Below are positions 51,479 through 61,870 of a DNA stretch of 64,000 nucleotides, in pieces. Position 1 is the stretch's first letter. Each line of letters opens with the position of its first letter. The DNA is taken from the NCBI GenBank assembly GCA_965208125.1, contig OZ242320.1, positions 1,152,001-1,216,000 of the forward strand. Direction: 5' to 3'. The notes beneath the pieces are model-generated. The model saw nothing but the letters and a program-made list of their open reading frames with translations, ran no database searches and was not told the origin of the DNA. Origin of the DNA: Candidatus Latescibacterota bacterium (GTDB taxonomy: Bacteria; Latescibacterota; UBA2968). Position numbers and translations under genes: made by a program.

Positions 51479-53269
51479 TCACTGACGTTCAACGTAAACG
51501 TAATAGGCACCGCAGATGGGCTGGTTGCGCTCGTCGTCGAACCAGGTGTGCAAAAGCGTGGGGCCCGGCTCCAGATCCACGGTAAACACAGCACCCTGAT
51601 CATCAGGCTTAACGGGCCTGGCGTAGAATTGTCCACCGATCAGCACACGAGCTCTGGCAATTGGCAGTGCAATTCCCGCTTTCAGTTCGCCATCGGTCAA
51701 TTGAGCCGCCTGGCAAGCCTCTCTCAGCTTGAGACCGCTCTCTCTTGGCCAACGCCGCAGTTCAAAAGTGTACTTACCAGCGGCTTTGACCATCAGGTGC
51801 CAGTAACTGTTCTTCCGCACGGCCGTCCTCACCTGCCGCTGCTGATCCACAAAGACATCCCGCCACTCGCAAGCCGACAGCGTCATCGGATTTTCGGCTT
51901 CACTGCCGATGGTAATCCGCTGCACTTGATTGGCGACCGGTTCCACTTCTCGCCACCATGCATCCAGGTAATCCCTCATCTGTCGGACAATATCAGGGTG
52001 CTGATCGGCAACATCGAGATTCTGTTCGGGATCGCTATCCAGATCATACAGTGCCGTTCCTTCAAGCAAGCGCCACCGTTTCCAGAGCACAGCAGCACCC
52101 TCGCGTCTTATGAAAGAAGGGCTGTCGGGCGTCGGGTAGTCCAGCTCCCCGGGCATACGGCTGTAATTCACCGTCAACATGCGTTCTTCCGGCACCTGCT
52201 CCGCACCCCGCAAAACCGGAGATAGGCTAATCCCGTCCAAACGCAATTCGGCCGGCGGTTCCAGCCCACAAAACTCAATCAAAGTCGGCAAAATGTCCTG
52301 CACCTGAGTCAGTCCCTCAATCTCCCGGGGTCTGCCCAGATCACCATTTGGCCAATGTAAGAAAAACGGTACCCGGTGCCCACCTTCCCATAGCTCGCAC
52401 TTTTTACCCCGCATCCCGGCATTGTAATAGACAGAACCAAAAGTACTGCCATTATCAGTCATAAAAATCAGGATGGTATCCCTATCTACATCCTGTTCTT
52501 GCAGAAAGCGTCGAAGCGCACCGACCTGAGTATCCAAATTTCGAATCATAGCGAGAAAGCGAATGATATTTTCTCGCAAATTTTCGGGAAGTGCAGGCAA
52601 CTGGTGTTCATCCTCTGCAAATGCCGCCTCAATGGCCTCGCGATCTTCGGCAGGCACAAAAAGTGGGGCGTGAGGGGCATTGGTCGGCAGGAAAGTAAAA
52701 AAGGGTTCTGAAGCCGCGATCCGTGCTTGCATCCACGCTTTTGCCGCTTCGAAAAAGACCTCGGTACAGTATCCTTCCTGTCGCACGCGAGTGCCATTGT
52801 GACAATATACATCATCGAAGTAATCGTTCTCCCAGTAGTCGGGCACCGAACTGATGTGAGAGGATGGAAACCAGAGACTTTCCTCAAAACCGCGGTCCTG
52901 AGGACGGTACGGATAGTTGTCGCCCAGATGCCATTTGCCAAACACACCCGTTCGGTAACCGTTCGACCGAAAAATATCGGCCATAGTCGGCAAATCTGGT
53001 CGCAGAAGCGAGCGTCCGCTGCTCACGTTTACAGCACCATTGCGTGCCGCATCAAGTCCGCTCAGCAACTGGCCGCGAGTAGGCGTACACATGGGCGCGA
53101 CGTGAAAATCCATCAGCCGAATACTTTCCCCGTGCAAGCTATCCAGATTCGGCGTTCGGGCAACAGGATTGCCGTGACAGCCCAGATCGCCATACCCCTG
53201 GTCGTCGGTAATGATCAAAATCACATTGGGGCGGGAAGGGTGCAGGTTTGATGATTCATATTCTTTCAC
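51479..53269 (-). CDS. S1 arylsulfatase with C-terminal beta extension
   Basis: TDDQGYGD, CTPTRG.LLSG, GKWHLGD, APH.P, TDNG, EGGHRVP. Confidence 0.93.
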   Translation of the reverse strand: MKEYESSNLHPSRPNVILIITDDQGYGDLGCHGNPVARTPNLDSLHGESIRLMDFHVAPMCTPTRGQLLSGLDAARNGAVNVSSGRSLLRPDLPTMADIFRSNGYRTGVFGKWHLGDNYPYRPQDRGFEESLWFPSSHISSVPDYWENDYFDDVYCHNGTRVRQEGYCTEVFFEAAKAWMQARIAASEPFFTFLPTNAPHAPLFVPAEDREAIEAAFAEDEHQLPALPENLRENIIRFLAMIRNLDTQVGALRRFLQEQDVDRDTILIFMTDNGSTFGSVYYNAGMRGKKCELWEGGHRVPFFLHWPNGDLGRPREIEGLTQVQDILPTLIEFCGLEPPAELRLDGISLSPVLRGAEQVPEERMLTVNYSRMPGELDYPTPDSPSFIRREGAAVLWKRWRLLEGTALYDLDSDPEQNLDVADQHPDIVRQMRDYLDAWWREVEPVANQVQRITIGSEAENPMTLSACEWRDVFVDQQRQVRTAVRKNSYWHLMVKAAGKYTFELRRWPRESGLKLREACQAAQLTDGELKAGIALPIARARVLIGGQFYARPVKPDDQGAVFTVDLEPGPTLLHTWFDDERNQPICGAYYVYVERQ

Positions 53270-53297
53270 AACAGTCCACCTTTCAATATCGCTTTAA

Positions 53298-54503
53298 TCA
53301 GGTCTTTTTCAGATCTTCCCTGGCCATTTGCTCCCTTTCTCGACGCATCGCCTCACCCAATCCACTTTTGTAATAGTATTCCGGCGGCCACCAGTGCTCC
53401 GTCTGTCGCATGTTTGGGGCATCCTCGTCCTGACTCAAGTCGCAGTCAAATCGAGCCAGAATACTGTGCTTTCCAACGCCTGTAAAGTGACAAAGCCCCC
53501 ACGTAATCCCGCGTCCGTCGTCGGTATTGGTAAACGCATCCGGTACATAAGGCCCCGGGGCGATGGGCATCAGGCTGACGGTAGAAGCGATCTCGAAATT
53601 GATTCCATCTGGGGCAAACTGAATCGTATTGTGCTCATTTCCATGTCGAATCGCAAGCGCGGCAATCCCGCCCTTGAAGGGAAACAGACCCGTTTCATGT
53701 CCCGAATTCAACACGGGATTGAGCGGGCATTTTTCAAACGGTCCCAGCGGATCGTCGGCAATGGCCAATCCCTGTAATCGGATGTTTTGCTTCTGTGCTG
53801 CGTTCATATCCGATTTATAGTACAGGTAGATTCGACCTTTGTACACCAGTGGATAGGGGTCGTGAATAGAGAACTGATCCCAGGACCCTTTTGGACCATT
53901 GGGAATCACAACCTCCTGTGTCGGTGTCCAGGGCCCATTCGGCGAATCCGCCCATGAGATCGACACAGGACAATCATCGCCACGCGTACGCGTACCCGAC
54001 ATCTCCAGAAAGCTCTGATAATAGAGATAGTATCTATCCTTCCAAACGAGAATGTCGGGCGTGGAAACAGACCGCCATCCGGGGTGCGGTTTGGCAGGTC
54101 GTGGCACCGCAACGCCCTGTTCTTCCCATACAAAACCATCTTCACTCGTAGCATACCAGATTTCTGACAGATCCCAGTCGGTCGATGGAATTGATGCCGC
54201 ACCTCTTCCCGGACCCTGCGGAGGCGCATCCGTACTTCGCCGCGTGTACCAGACGTAATACTTGCCATCGGCTTTGATTACCTTGCTCGGATCGCGCCTC
54301 GTAAGCCTACCATCTCCCCCCCGGTAATCCAGCCCTTCAAGTTCCGTATATCGAAACTGGGAATACAGCTCATTCCACCAGGTAGAAGGCTCACTGTAGT
54401 TCGCAAAAAGCCGGTCCATAGCACTGCTCAAAGGCAGATCCGGTCTTTCTCTTGGCATGACGTACGGAAAAAACGCTGCACCCTTGTTCTTCTCATCGTT
54501 CAT
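53298..54503 (-). CDS. GH117-family glycoside hydrolase
   Basis: LSSAMDR (SxAxxR), RRDPSKVI...GKYYVWYT, WDL.EIWYATS.DG, RSV.TPDIL, HDPY, NSGHE. Confidence 0.82.
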   Translation of the reverse strand: MNDEKNKGAAFFPYVMPRERPDLPLSSAMDRLFANYSEPSTWWNELYSQFRYTELEGLDYRGGDGRLTRRDPSKVIKADGKYYVWYTRRSTDAPPQGPGRGAASIPSTDWDLSEIWYATSEDGFVWEEQGVAVPRPAKPHPGWRSVSTPDILVWKDRYYLYYQSFLEMSGTRTRGDDCPVSISWADSPNGPWTPTQEVVIPNGPKGSWDQFSIHDPYPLVYKGRIYLYYKSDMNAAQKQNIRLQGLAIADDPLGPFEKCPLNPVLNSGHETGLFPFKGGIAALAIRHGNEHNTIQFAPDGINFEIASTVSLMPIAPGPYVPDAFTNTDDGRGITWGLCHFTGVGKHSILARFDCDLSQDEDAPNMRQTEHWWPPEYYYKSGLGEAMRREREQMAREDLKKT

Positions 54504-54547
54504 TGATGTCTCCACTTTGTTCGACTATTGTGGGCCAGATCACCCAT

Positions 54548-55936
54548 TTAATAAATCAGCCGACCTTTGCGTAATGCAGGCTCATTATAGCGCTCCATCT
54601 GAGCGATCAGCTCAGCTTTAAACTTCTCCGCAATCTCTTTGTATTCGGGATCGGAATATACATTAACCAGCTCATCCGGATCCTTATGCAGATCGTACAA
54701 CCAGGGATCATCGACCTGTGAGAGAACCAGTTTATAACGTCGGTTAACGGCCATAATGGTCTGCGATCCTGAAGTAGTCATATAGACAATGCGATCATCA
54801 TCCACCACCTTTTCATCACTGAGAAACGCCGCAGCATCATTTAACCCATGGGCATCTGGAATCTCCTCCTCAATCCCCATAATGCCCAGAATCGTCGGAC
54901 CGAAATCAACCGTCGTATAGGCGGTATTCACAACTTTCCCCGGCGCGATCTTTCCAGGCCAGCGAATCACAAACGGAATCTTTGCACTGCCCTCGTAGGG
55001 CATCCCCTTGTTGTGGCGCCTATGTTCGCCCATCAGGTCGCCGTGATCGGCAGTAAAAATCACAATCGTATTCTGATCCAGCCCCCCGGCTTCCAGATCT
55101 GCCAGAATGCGCCCCACATTATCGTCGATGCATTTGACCATCCCAAAATACCTCTGCATCTGCCTCTGATTCAGTTCACGGGCCGTATTCCTGTCTCCAA
55201 CCCGGTGCCATTTCGGCATTTTCTCCACGGGAAAATCCATCGTGCGTGGATTTTGAAAAACCATATCTTTGTACATCGTGTCGTAGGGCGCGCGAACCGT
55301 GTTTGGCCCGTGCGGATCCGGAATAGAGACCATAATGCAAAAGGGATGATTCTGATCGCGTTCAATAACTTCCAGGGTGCGGTCAGTCAACCAATCAGTT
55401 GTAAACGATTTTTCGTCGGCACCATCTACTCTGCTGGCAGGCCCACCCCTGTTGTTCCTCGCTGCAACATAGGGCATGCCGTCCTCTTTTAGACCGAGTT
55501 TCTTCCAGTGACCGCGGTTCCACATATACCGATTGTCCTCAAAACCAAATTTGTGCTCTGGCGCAAAGCCGGGCTTGGCCTCTCCACCCAGATGCCACTT
55601 GCCGAGATATGAGGTGACATACCCCTGGTTTTTGAGCACTTCGGCAAAAGTGATCAACCCCTCTTTCAGGGGGATATCGTTTTTATACACGTCGGTAGCA
55701 ATCGGATAAAGGCCGGAAACAAAAGAAGCACGCGAAGGCGAGCAAACAGGCGACGACGAATAATAACTGTCGCAAATAGCCCCGTCCCGGGCGAGCGAAT
55801 CAATATGAGGCGTATCCACTTTAACGCCCGATCCCCAGACAAAAGCCTGATCCTCTGTCATCAGATCGCGATAACAACCCAACGTGCGAAAATTGTGTTC
55901 ATCCGTGTGAATAATCAGCAAATTCGGCTTACTCAT
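54548..55936 (-). CDS. S1 sulfatase
   Basis: IHTDEHNFRTLGCY, CSPSRA.FVSG, GKWHL, DPHGP, ADHG. Confidence 0.92.
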   Translation of the reverse strand: MSKPNLLIIHTDEHNFRTLGCYRDLMTEDQAFVWGSGVKVDTPHIDSLARDGAICDSYYSSSPVCSPSRASFVSGLYPIATDVYKNDIPLKEGLITFAEVLKNQGYVTSYLGKWHLGGEAKPGFAPEHKFGFEDNRYMWNRGHWKKLGLKEDGMPYVAARNNRGGPASRVDGADEKSFTTDWLTDRTLEVIERDQNHPFCIMVSIPDPHGPNTVRAPYDTMYKDMVFQNPRTMDFPVEKMPKWHRVGDRNTARELNQRQMQRYFGMVKCIDDNVGRILADLEAGGLDQNTIVIFTADHGDLMGEHRRHNKGMPYEGSAKIPFVIRWPGKIAPGKVVNTAYTTVDFGPTILGIMGIEEEIPDAHGLNDAAAFLSDEKVVDDDRIVYMTTSGSQTIMAVNRRYKLVLSQVDDPWLYDLHKDPDELVNVYSDPEYKEIAEKFKAELIAQMERYNEPALRKGRLIY

Positions 55937-55963
55937 TTCGTCCTCCCTGTTTGTCATACACAT

Positions 55964-57367
55964 CTATTGTTGCGCAACAGCGCGTTCGTACTCCATATCA
56001 TAATACGGATTGGGTTCGTTGGGGATAATGGCTTTTGTATCGCGTTGCCAATTTTTGAGATCCTTCAAAAGTTCAGCGGCTTTTTCGGGATGATCAGTGG
56101 CAAGATCATTTTGCTCCCCAATGTCATCTGCAATATTGTAAAGTTCCACACTACCGGTTTCAAATCGCTCAATCAGTTTCCAATCGCCTTTGCGGATGGC
56201 TCCTGAAGGCACAGTACGCCAACCCGTACCCTGGCCAGCGCGACCACCCCGCAAGGGCGTGATATTTTGGCAATCAGATCCTCCGAGATACAGAGGGAAG
56301 TGCCAGTACAGGGTATCGCGTTTAAGGGATGTTGCGCCAGAAAAAAGAGGAATTAGACTTTCACCATCAACAGGTTGATGCTCAGGAAGTGTACCGGAGG
56401 TAACTTCAGTTAGGGTAGGCATAAAGTCGATACCGTAGATCGGTACATCGCATGTTGTGCCCGCAGGAATGACACCGGGCCAACGCATGCAGGTAGATAC
56501 GCGGATACCGCCTTCGTAAAGCGCGCCTTTGCCACCGCGTAACGGATCCATATTGGTGTATTTGGCTATGCCGCCATGATCGGCTGAGAAGATGACAAGA
56601 GTGTTGTCTGCAAGACCGAGATCGTTGAGCGTTTGCATCACGCGCCCCACACTTTCATCAACGCTTTCAACCATAGCCCCATAAGGCGGGTTGGAATGTC
56701 CGGCTTTCTCGTAGGCGGCAATTTTATCAGCTTTGGCTAAAATGGGGGCGTGCAGTGCCCAGTGGGCGAGATAAAGAAAAAAAGGGCCATCCCGATTGTC
56801 TTGAATAAATTGAACCGCTTCGTCGGTAAGCCGATCTGTGAGATACTCACCTTCAGGACCATCGCGCATAGCAGGATTTTTATAAGGGCTAAAATGGCGT
56901 CCCATGCGCTGGTGACCACCAACGTTGTGATCAAAGCCTTTAGAAATGGGTCCCGCTTCAGGATCATTGCCAAGTTGCCATTTGCCGATAGAACCACAAG
57001 TATATCCTGCAGATTTGAGCACTTGCGGTATGCAAGTGACATCGGGTTTGAGGGCTATTGGATAATTAGAAGGAATGCGTTCTAAATCGGAATCGCGAGC
57101 AGGCGTTATCAATTTCATCAGACGAACATCGCCTTTAGATGCACCACCAGGTGTATAGATCTCATGACGCGGTGTGTACATGCCCGACATAATACTGGCA
57201 CGGGAAGGCGCGCAATTAGGCCCACAAGAATACGTCTGCGGAAAAATCATGCCACCGTGAGCAAGGCGATCAATATTCGGCGTCTCATGCGTCTTACAAC
57301 CCAGAAAGCCAACATCGCGCCATCCCATGTCTGATATGATGATAAAGACGATATTTGGCGATGTCAT
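55964..57367 (-). CDS. S1 sulfatase (GalNAc-sulfatase-like)
   Basis: ISDMGWRD, CAPSRASIMSG, GKWQLG, LHAP, ADHGG, KG.LYEGGIR. Confidence 0.92.
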   Translation of the reverse strand: MTSPNIVFIIISDMGWRDVGFLGCKTHETPNIDRLAHGGMIFPQTYSCGPNCAPSRASIMSGMYTPRHEIYTPGGASKGDVRLMKLITPARDSDLERIPSNYPIALKPDVTCIPQVLKSAGYTCGSIGKWQLGNDPEAGPISKGFDHNVGGHQRMGRHFSPYKNPAMRDGPEGEYLTDRLTDEAVQFIQDNRDGPFFLYLAHWALHAPILAKADKIAAYEKAGHSNPPYGAMVESVDESVGRVMQTLNDLGLADNTLVIFSADHGGIAKYTNMDPLRGGKGALYEGGIRVSTCMRWPGVIPAGTTCDVPIYGIDFMPTLTEVTSGTLPEHQPVDGESLIPLFSGATSLKRDTLYWHFPLYLGGSDCQNITPLRGGRAGQGTGWRTVPSGAIRKGDWKLIERFETGSVELYNIADDIGEQNDLATDHPEKAAELLKDLKNWQRDTKAIIPNEPNPYYDMEYERAVAQQ

Positions 57368-58098
57368 ACGGACCTCCTTATAAGCGGCCTGTCAGCCACC
57401 CATCTTACCGCCTTTTCCACCAGATAACCCAGTGAATCTGTCTTTTCGGGGTGCGCGCTAAAACAAAACACACGGCCTTTTTCAAACTGCGTGCGAACAA
57501 TAGCTGAAGTGCCTGGCATAACGCCTTTGGGCGCACCTTTTTTTGCGATCTCAGTGCGATATAGAGCAAGACTTTCGTAATCCGGAACGAGTGGATCATC
57601 CAATTCGCGCCGTCCCAGCAGCGGTCCCTGACCATAGAAAATCTGAAGAGTTTTCTCTTCAATCCCAAAAAATTTCTGGGCATCCGGAGACAGTTCAATC
57701 GTCACAATGCCAGTGCCCCGCGCCCAGTGTTCTCGGTCTATCACCTTTGCATCTATCAAGTCGAGTGACCACGGATAGTCATTGGTCGCAAGGTAGGCTC
57801 CAGCACAGATCCCGATAAAACCGCCTCCCTCTTTTACAAATTCCCGCACTGCTTCTCTCCCCTTTGACTCCAGGGCACGCCCCTGCTTTCCTCCGCTCCC
57901 GCCGGGTTGGATGAGAACATCCACCTCCGAGAGCTTACCCCCACGAATAGCCAGAGCATCCATCCTGACGATCTCGAAATCCGGCTTTCCCTTTGCCTTG
58001 CCGAGAACATCGAGAAGTTCCGCGCAACTTGGACCTGCGCCTTCGCCCTCATACACAGCGATCCGAATCCGAGTATTTTTTATTTTCTTTTCACTCAT
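57364..58098 (-). CDS. BPL-N / class I glutamine amidotransferase-like hydrolase
   Basis: QPGGSG, FIGICAGAYLA (Cys elbow), SAHPE (His-Glu). Confidence 0.8.
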   Translation of the reverse strand: MSEKKIKNTRIRIAVYEGEGAGPSCAELLDVLGKAKGKPDFEIVRMDALAIRGGKLSEVDVLIQPGGSGGKQGRALESKGREAVREFVKEGGGFIGICAGAYLATNDYPWSLDLIDAKVIDREHWARGTGIVTIELSPDAQKFFGIEEKTLQIFYGQGPLLGRRELDDPLVPDYESLALYRTEIAKKGAPKGVMPGTSAIVRTQFEKGRVFCFSAHPEKTDSLGYLVEKAVRWVADRPLIRRSV

Positions 58099-58924
58099 AT
58101 TGCACAACCGGTGGTTTTGATGGCTCAATAGGCCGAATAATCTTTCGCCGTGCAGGCGTCAATCTCGCCACCAATTCATCGGAGTATTCATACCCCAAAC
58201 GATCTCGGGTCCAAAAAGACGAATACCGATAAATCAATGCGCGGCGCTCCCCTTCATTGGTCCTCACGCTGGCACCGTGAATCAGTGCATCTGTAAACAC
58301 AACGGCATCTCCCGCCTTGAGATACACCTCCTTGAGAAGGGGAGCCATATCACCAGGCTCGAGAACATAATCCTTCCTGCCCTGCCTTTTCTGATGCACC
58401 AGCGGATTTGGAATATTGGATTTATGGGATCCGGGAACGACCAGTGTCCCACCATCCCCTGGACCAATATCATTCAGCGCCAGGAGAATGTTCAAATTGC
58501 CACAGAAAAATTTATTGTCGTGATATTCAAAACTCGTGCGATACATCTTATTGTGACCGCCCGCATGCAACCTCACATGGCTCCCACGACGGATGATCGG
58601 AAGAAAATTCATCCAAATATGCAAACCGTGGTTATCCACATACCGCTTGACAAACTCGATCCAGTTGGGATTGTCGATCAACGCCTCAAAACACGAACCC
58701 CCTTCGATAACATTCCTGAAACTCACACTGTGACTATTGGTATTTTCATTCTTCACAACATGAACATTGCCCAACCATTCCTCACCAGCGTCGCTCAAAA
58801 CAAGCCATTCATCAACCTTCTCATTGATCTCGGCAATGAGTTCCGACTGCACAGCATTCTTTAAAATGAGAAAACCCTCAAGATCAAATCGATAATCATC
58901 CCATTCATCCGGTGTCGATATCAT
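58091..58924 (-). CDS. PhyH-family Fe(II)/2OG enzyme with H-x-G motif
   Basis: LHAGG, LALNDIGPGDGG...VPGSH, FTDALIHG, ERR. Confidence 0.85.
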   Translation of the reverse strand: MISTPDEWDDYRFDLEGFLILKNAVQSELIAEINEKVDEWLVLSDAGEEWLGNVHVVKNENTNSHSVSFRNVIEGGSCFEALIDNPNWIEFVKRYVDNHGLHIWMNFLPIIRRGSHVRLHAGGHNKMYRTSFEYHDNKFFCGNLNILLALNDIGPGDGGTLVVPGSHKSNIPNPLVHQKRQGRKDYVLEPGDMAPLLKEVYLKAGDAVVFTDALIHGASVRTNEGERRALIYRYSSFWTRDRLGYEYSDELVARLTPARRKIIRPIEPSKPPVVQYE

Positions 58925-58945
58925 ATTCCCATCCCTTCTTTAAAA

Positions 58946-59782
58946 TCATGCAGTCACAGATTGAACAGGCGGTCTTATCGGCACAACGGGCCGCACAATT
59001 TTTCTGCGCTCGGGTGTAAGCCTGGCGAGCAATTCTTCTGACGGCTCAAAACCGGTAGCATTTTTCATCCAAAATGCAGTATATCGATAAATCAGTATCC
59101 TGCGCTCGCCGTCATTGGTCCGCACACTGGCACCGTGTGTACAGGCATCGGTAAAAATAACAGCGTCGCCTGCATTGAGATGCATTTCCTTTAAATAGGG
59201 CGTCAGTTTCGTTTCCTCAACCACATTCTTATGTCGCCCATTCTCCTGCTCAAAAACCAGAGGATTAACCACATTGCATTTATGCGATCCAGGCACAATC
59301 ATAGTACCGCCATCCCCGGAACCAATATCATTCAGCGCGAGCAAAACATTGAAATTGCCACAATAGAAATTATCGTTATGATATCGAAAACTCGTGCGAT
59401 AACTCTTGTTGTGCCCGCCGGAATGAACAGGTACATAGCTGCCTGTCCGGGTGACAGACAGATGGTTAGCCCAGATATACAACCCATCATTATCGACATA
59501 GCGCTTCACATACTCGAGCCAATTGGGATTATCGATCAACGCCTCAAAAGCTGGTCCCCCCTCAATAATATTGGCAAACTTGATATCGGGACCCTGTACG
59601 GGGTCGGGATCACTACAACGAACATGGCCGATCCATTTGTGTCCAGCCTCGTGTAAACTAACCCAGTGATCGACCGTCTCATTAATCTCCGCAATCAACT
59701 CTGGAGAAACGACATTCTTCAGAACGAGATATCCCTGAAGATCAAAAAGATAGTCCTCCCATTCAGTAGGTGTAGAAGTCAT
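58946..59782 (-). CDS. PhyH-family Fe(II)/2OG enzyme with H-x-G motif (tandem paralogue of 58091-58924)
   Basis: VHSGG, LALNDIG.GDGG..IVPGSH, FTDACTHG, ERR. Confidence 0.85.
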   Translation of the reverse strand: MTSTPTEWEDYLFDLQGYLVLKNVVSPELIAEINETVDHWVSLHEAGHKWIGHVRCSDPDPVQGPDIKFANIIEGGPAFEALIDNPNWLEYVKRYVDNDGLYIWANHLSVTRTGSYVPVHSGGHNKSYRTSFRYHNDNFYCGNFNVLLALNDIGSGDGGTMIVPGSHKCNVVNPLVFEQENGRHKNVVEETKLTPYLKEMHLNAGDAVIFTDACTHGASVRTNDGERRILIYRYTAFWMKNATGFEPSEELLARLTPERRKIVRPVVPIRPPVQSVTA

Positions 59783-59799
59783 ATCTTCTCCTCTTGCTA

Positions 59800-60894
59800 T
59801 TATTCACAGTACAGCTTCGCCACGGCAATTGCATCCTCTTCCCAGCAGGTATAAAACAAATACAACTGACCATCTTCTTTAAACGCATAAGAATCGTGTA
59901 CCACATCGCCCTCCCAATCCTCCTCAGCGCGAACCATATCTTCGGGGGGATAACTCGTCTGCCACGCCTGCCAATCGCCCGCACTCAAATCCACAGTCGA
60001 GCGCATAATATATTCCGGCTCCTCCCATTTCCGGCTGTAAAACACCTCCAGCGTCTCCCCATCCTCCATCACCCGCACAGACCCGTGGCGCAGACCCAAA
60101 CCCCCATTGGGAAGATGATCGCCCGCCAACCCGTCGGCGACGAGATCATCTTCAATAGGCGACGATTCTGCAGACACCCACAGAGGATCGCTCGTATTCC
60201 AACCCTCTGGCACATCCCAAGGACATTCGGGATCAGCAGGCTTCAAAAAAAATCCGCGCTGTGCAAAACCGTACCAATCGCCACGATAGGTAAACACGCG
60301 CAGATAATTTCGATCCGCAAATTTCAATCGCTTCAAACCGCCGCCTTCTTCCCCACCAACTTCGGGACGGTTAAAATTCAACCCGGACTTCGACATCGCC
60401 ACAAATGAACGCTGGCCATCATTGCTGCTCCCGTGAACCACCATGATAAAATGCCGATTATCCTCATCCACAATCACCTCGGGAGACGACACATGTCCCT
60501 TCAACACAAGACCATCCACCACATCAATCGTCTCAGTCTCATTGCCCAGCCGCAAATCAAAAACCCCGCGCCCTGGAAAACGAGTATCATCCAACTTGCC
60601 GGCATTAAAAAGCGTCCAATCCGCCGAATCCACCCGATCTGACCACGCCATGTGAATACTCGTCCCGTGATGCGACGCACAATAGAGATAATAATTCGCA
60701 TCCGGATGTGCCCGATCTTCCGCAGGCACCCAATCGGGAATCCGAACCACCGTGGGAAACATCGCATCGCCGCGCAACCTCGACCGATTGGGATCTGCCC
60801 CAATCCTGAGCCGCCGCACATCATTTCCCTCGACAATTGGCCTACCGTGCAATTTCTCAACCCGATAAGTTACTTCACCCATGTAATTCTCCAT
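59800..60894 (-). CDS. Hypothetical five-bladed beta-propeller glycoside-hydrolase-like protein
   Basis: FPTVVR.P, YYLY.ASHHG..I.MA, HVSSPEV, RH..V, HDSYAF.EDG.LYLFY. Confidence 0.6.
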   Translation of the reverse strand: MENYMGEVTYRVEKLHGRPIVEGNDVRRLRIGADPNRSRLRGDAMFPTVVRIPDWVPAEDRAHPDANYYLYCASHHGTSIHMAWSDRVDSADWTLFNAGKLDDTRFPGRGVFDLRLGNETETIDVVDGLVLKGHVSSPEVIVDEDNRHFIMVVHGSSNDGQRSFVAMSKSGLNFNRPEVGGEEGGGLKRLKFADRNYLRVFTYRGDWYGFAQRGFFLKPADPECPWDVPEGWNTSDPLWVSAESSPIEDDLVADGLAGDHLPNGGLGLRHGSVRVMEDGETLEVFYSRKWEEPEYIMRSTVDLSAGDWQAWQTSYPPEDMVRAEEDWEGDVVHDSYAFKEDGQLYLFYTCWEEDAIAVAKLYCE

Positions 60895-60896
60895 AT

Positions 60897-61853
60897 TCAA
60901 TGACGTTCATCCAGCGGCGTCCAACCGCGCCCGGGGGCATGAACCTTCTTTCTATCCCACCCCTTTCGCAGCGTGGCAAAAGCCTCGGGATCTCGCATCT
61001 CCCGCTCGGGATTTTGCGTATCCTGAATCACGAAATACGCCTCGCCCGGATGGCACGCCATCGTCACTGGCTCGCGTTCTGGCATATAATCTTCGGGCAC
61101 TTCGCCGATATTGCTCGGCACGCTAAAATCCTGATATCGCAGATCCATACTCCACCGCACAACATCCGTCTTATTTTCAAACGAAGCATGCGGCGTCAGA
61201 TTCGTCAAAAACAAAACCGATCCCGCCGACATCTCCACCGGTATCGCGCCCTCGGGAATATTTTCAGGTGCAATTTCCAAAAACCCCGCGTGACCACCCG
61301 TATAATGTCGAATAATCCCCTTATCCTGCACCTTTGGAATCACCCACAAACACCCATTATCCAGCGTCGCATCCACCAGCGGTACCCAACACGTCACCAT
61401 CAAATACTCATAGCAATGCGCCATCGAATAGCCCGCATCCTGATGCCACGGTACCTCCCCGCGCGAATAGCCCGGCACCTTGGGACGTATGCGATAAATC
61501 GATGTTCCGACGATATCGGGACCAATAATATCCTCAATACACGCAATCAAAGGCCGATGCCGCAACGCCTTCAAAATCCCCGGACCGTGAAACCTGCCCG
61601 ACCAGATCGACATCAACACCTTGTGAGCGGCCTCCGGGTTGTATCGGTTAAGCCTGGTCAGCCGCGTCTCAAATGGCTCCTCGGCAAAATCGCGATCCAG
61701 CTCGCCAGCGGCAATCAACTCATCGCACTTCTCCTGAACCGCGCCCGTCAACCCATCCTTCAGCAGTTGCAAATCGTCCGAAGAATAAATGGTTTCTTTA
61801 ACCACATAACCCAACTCTTTGAACTGTCGAACTTCCTCTGCTGTAAGCCCCAT
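60897..61853 (-). CDS. PhyH-family oxygenase
   Basis: RPK.P.....VPWHQD, WVPLVDA..DNGCL, TPHAS..N....RWSMDLRY. Confidence 0.88.
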   Translation of the reverse strand: MGLTAEEVRQFKELGYVVKETIYSSDDLQLLKDGLTGAVQEKCDELIAAGELDRDFAEEPFETRLTRLNRYNPEAAHKVLMSIWSGRFHGPGILKALRHRPLIACIEDIIGPDIVGTSIYRIRPKVPGYSRGEVPWHQDAGYSMAHCYEYLMVTCWVPLVDATLDNGCLWVIPKVQDKGIIRHYTGGHAGFLEIAPENIPEGAIPVEMSAGSVLFLTNLTPHASFENKTDVVRWSMDLRYQDFSVPSNIGEVPEDYMPEREPVTMACHPGEAYFVIQDTQNPEREMRDPEAFATLRKGWDRKKVHAPGRGWTPLDERH

Positions 61854-61870
61854 AAGTATGTCCTTTCCGA

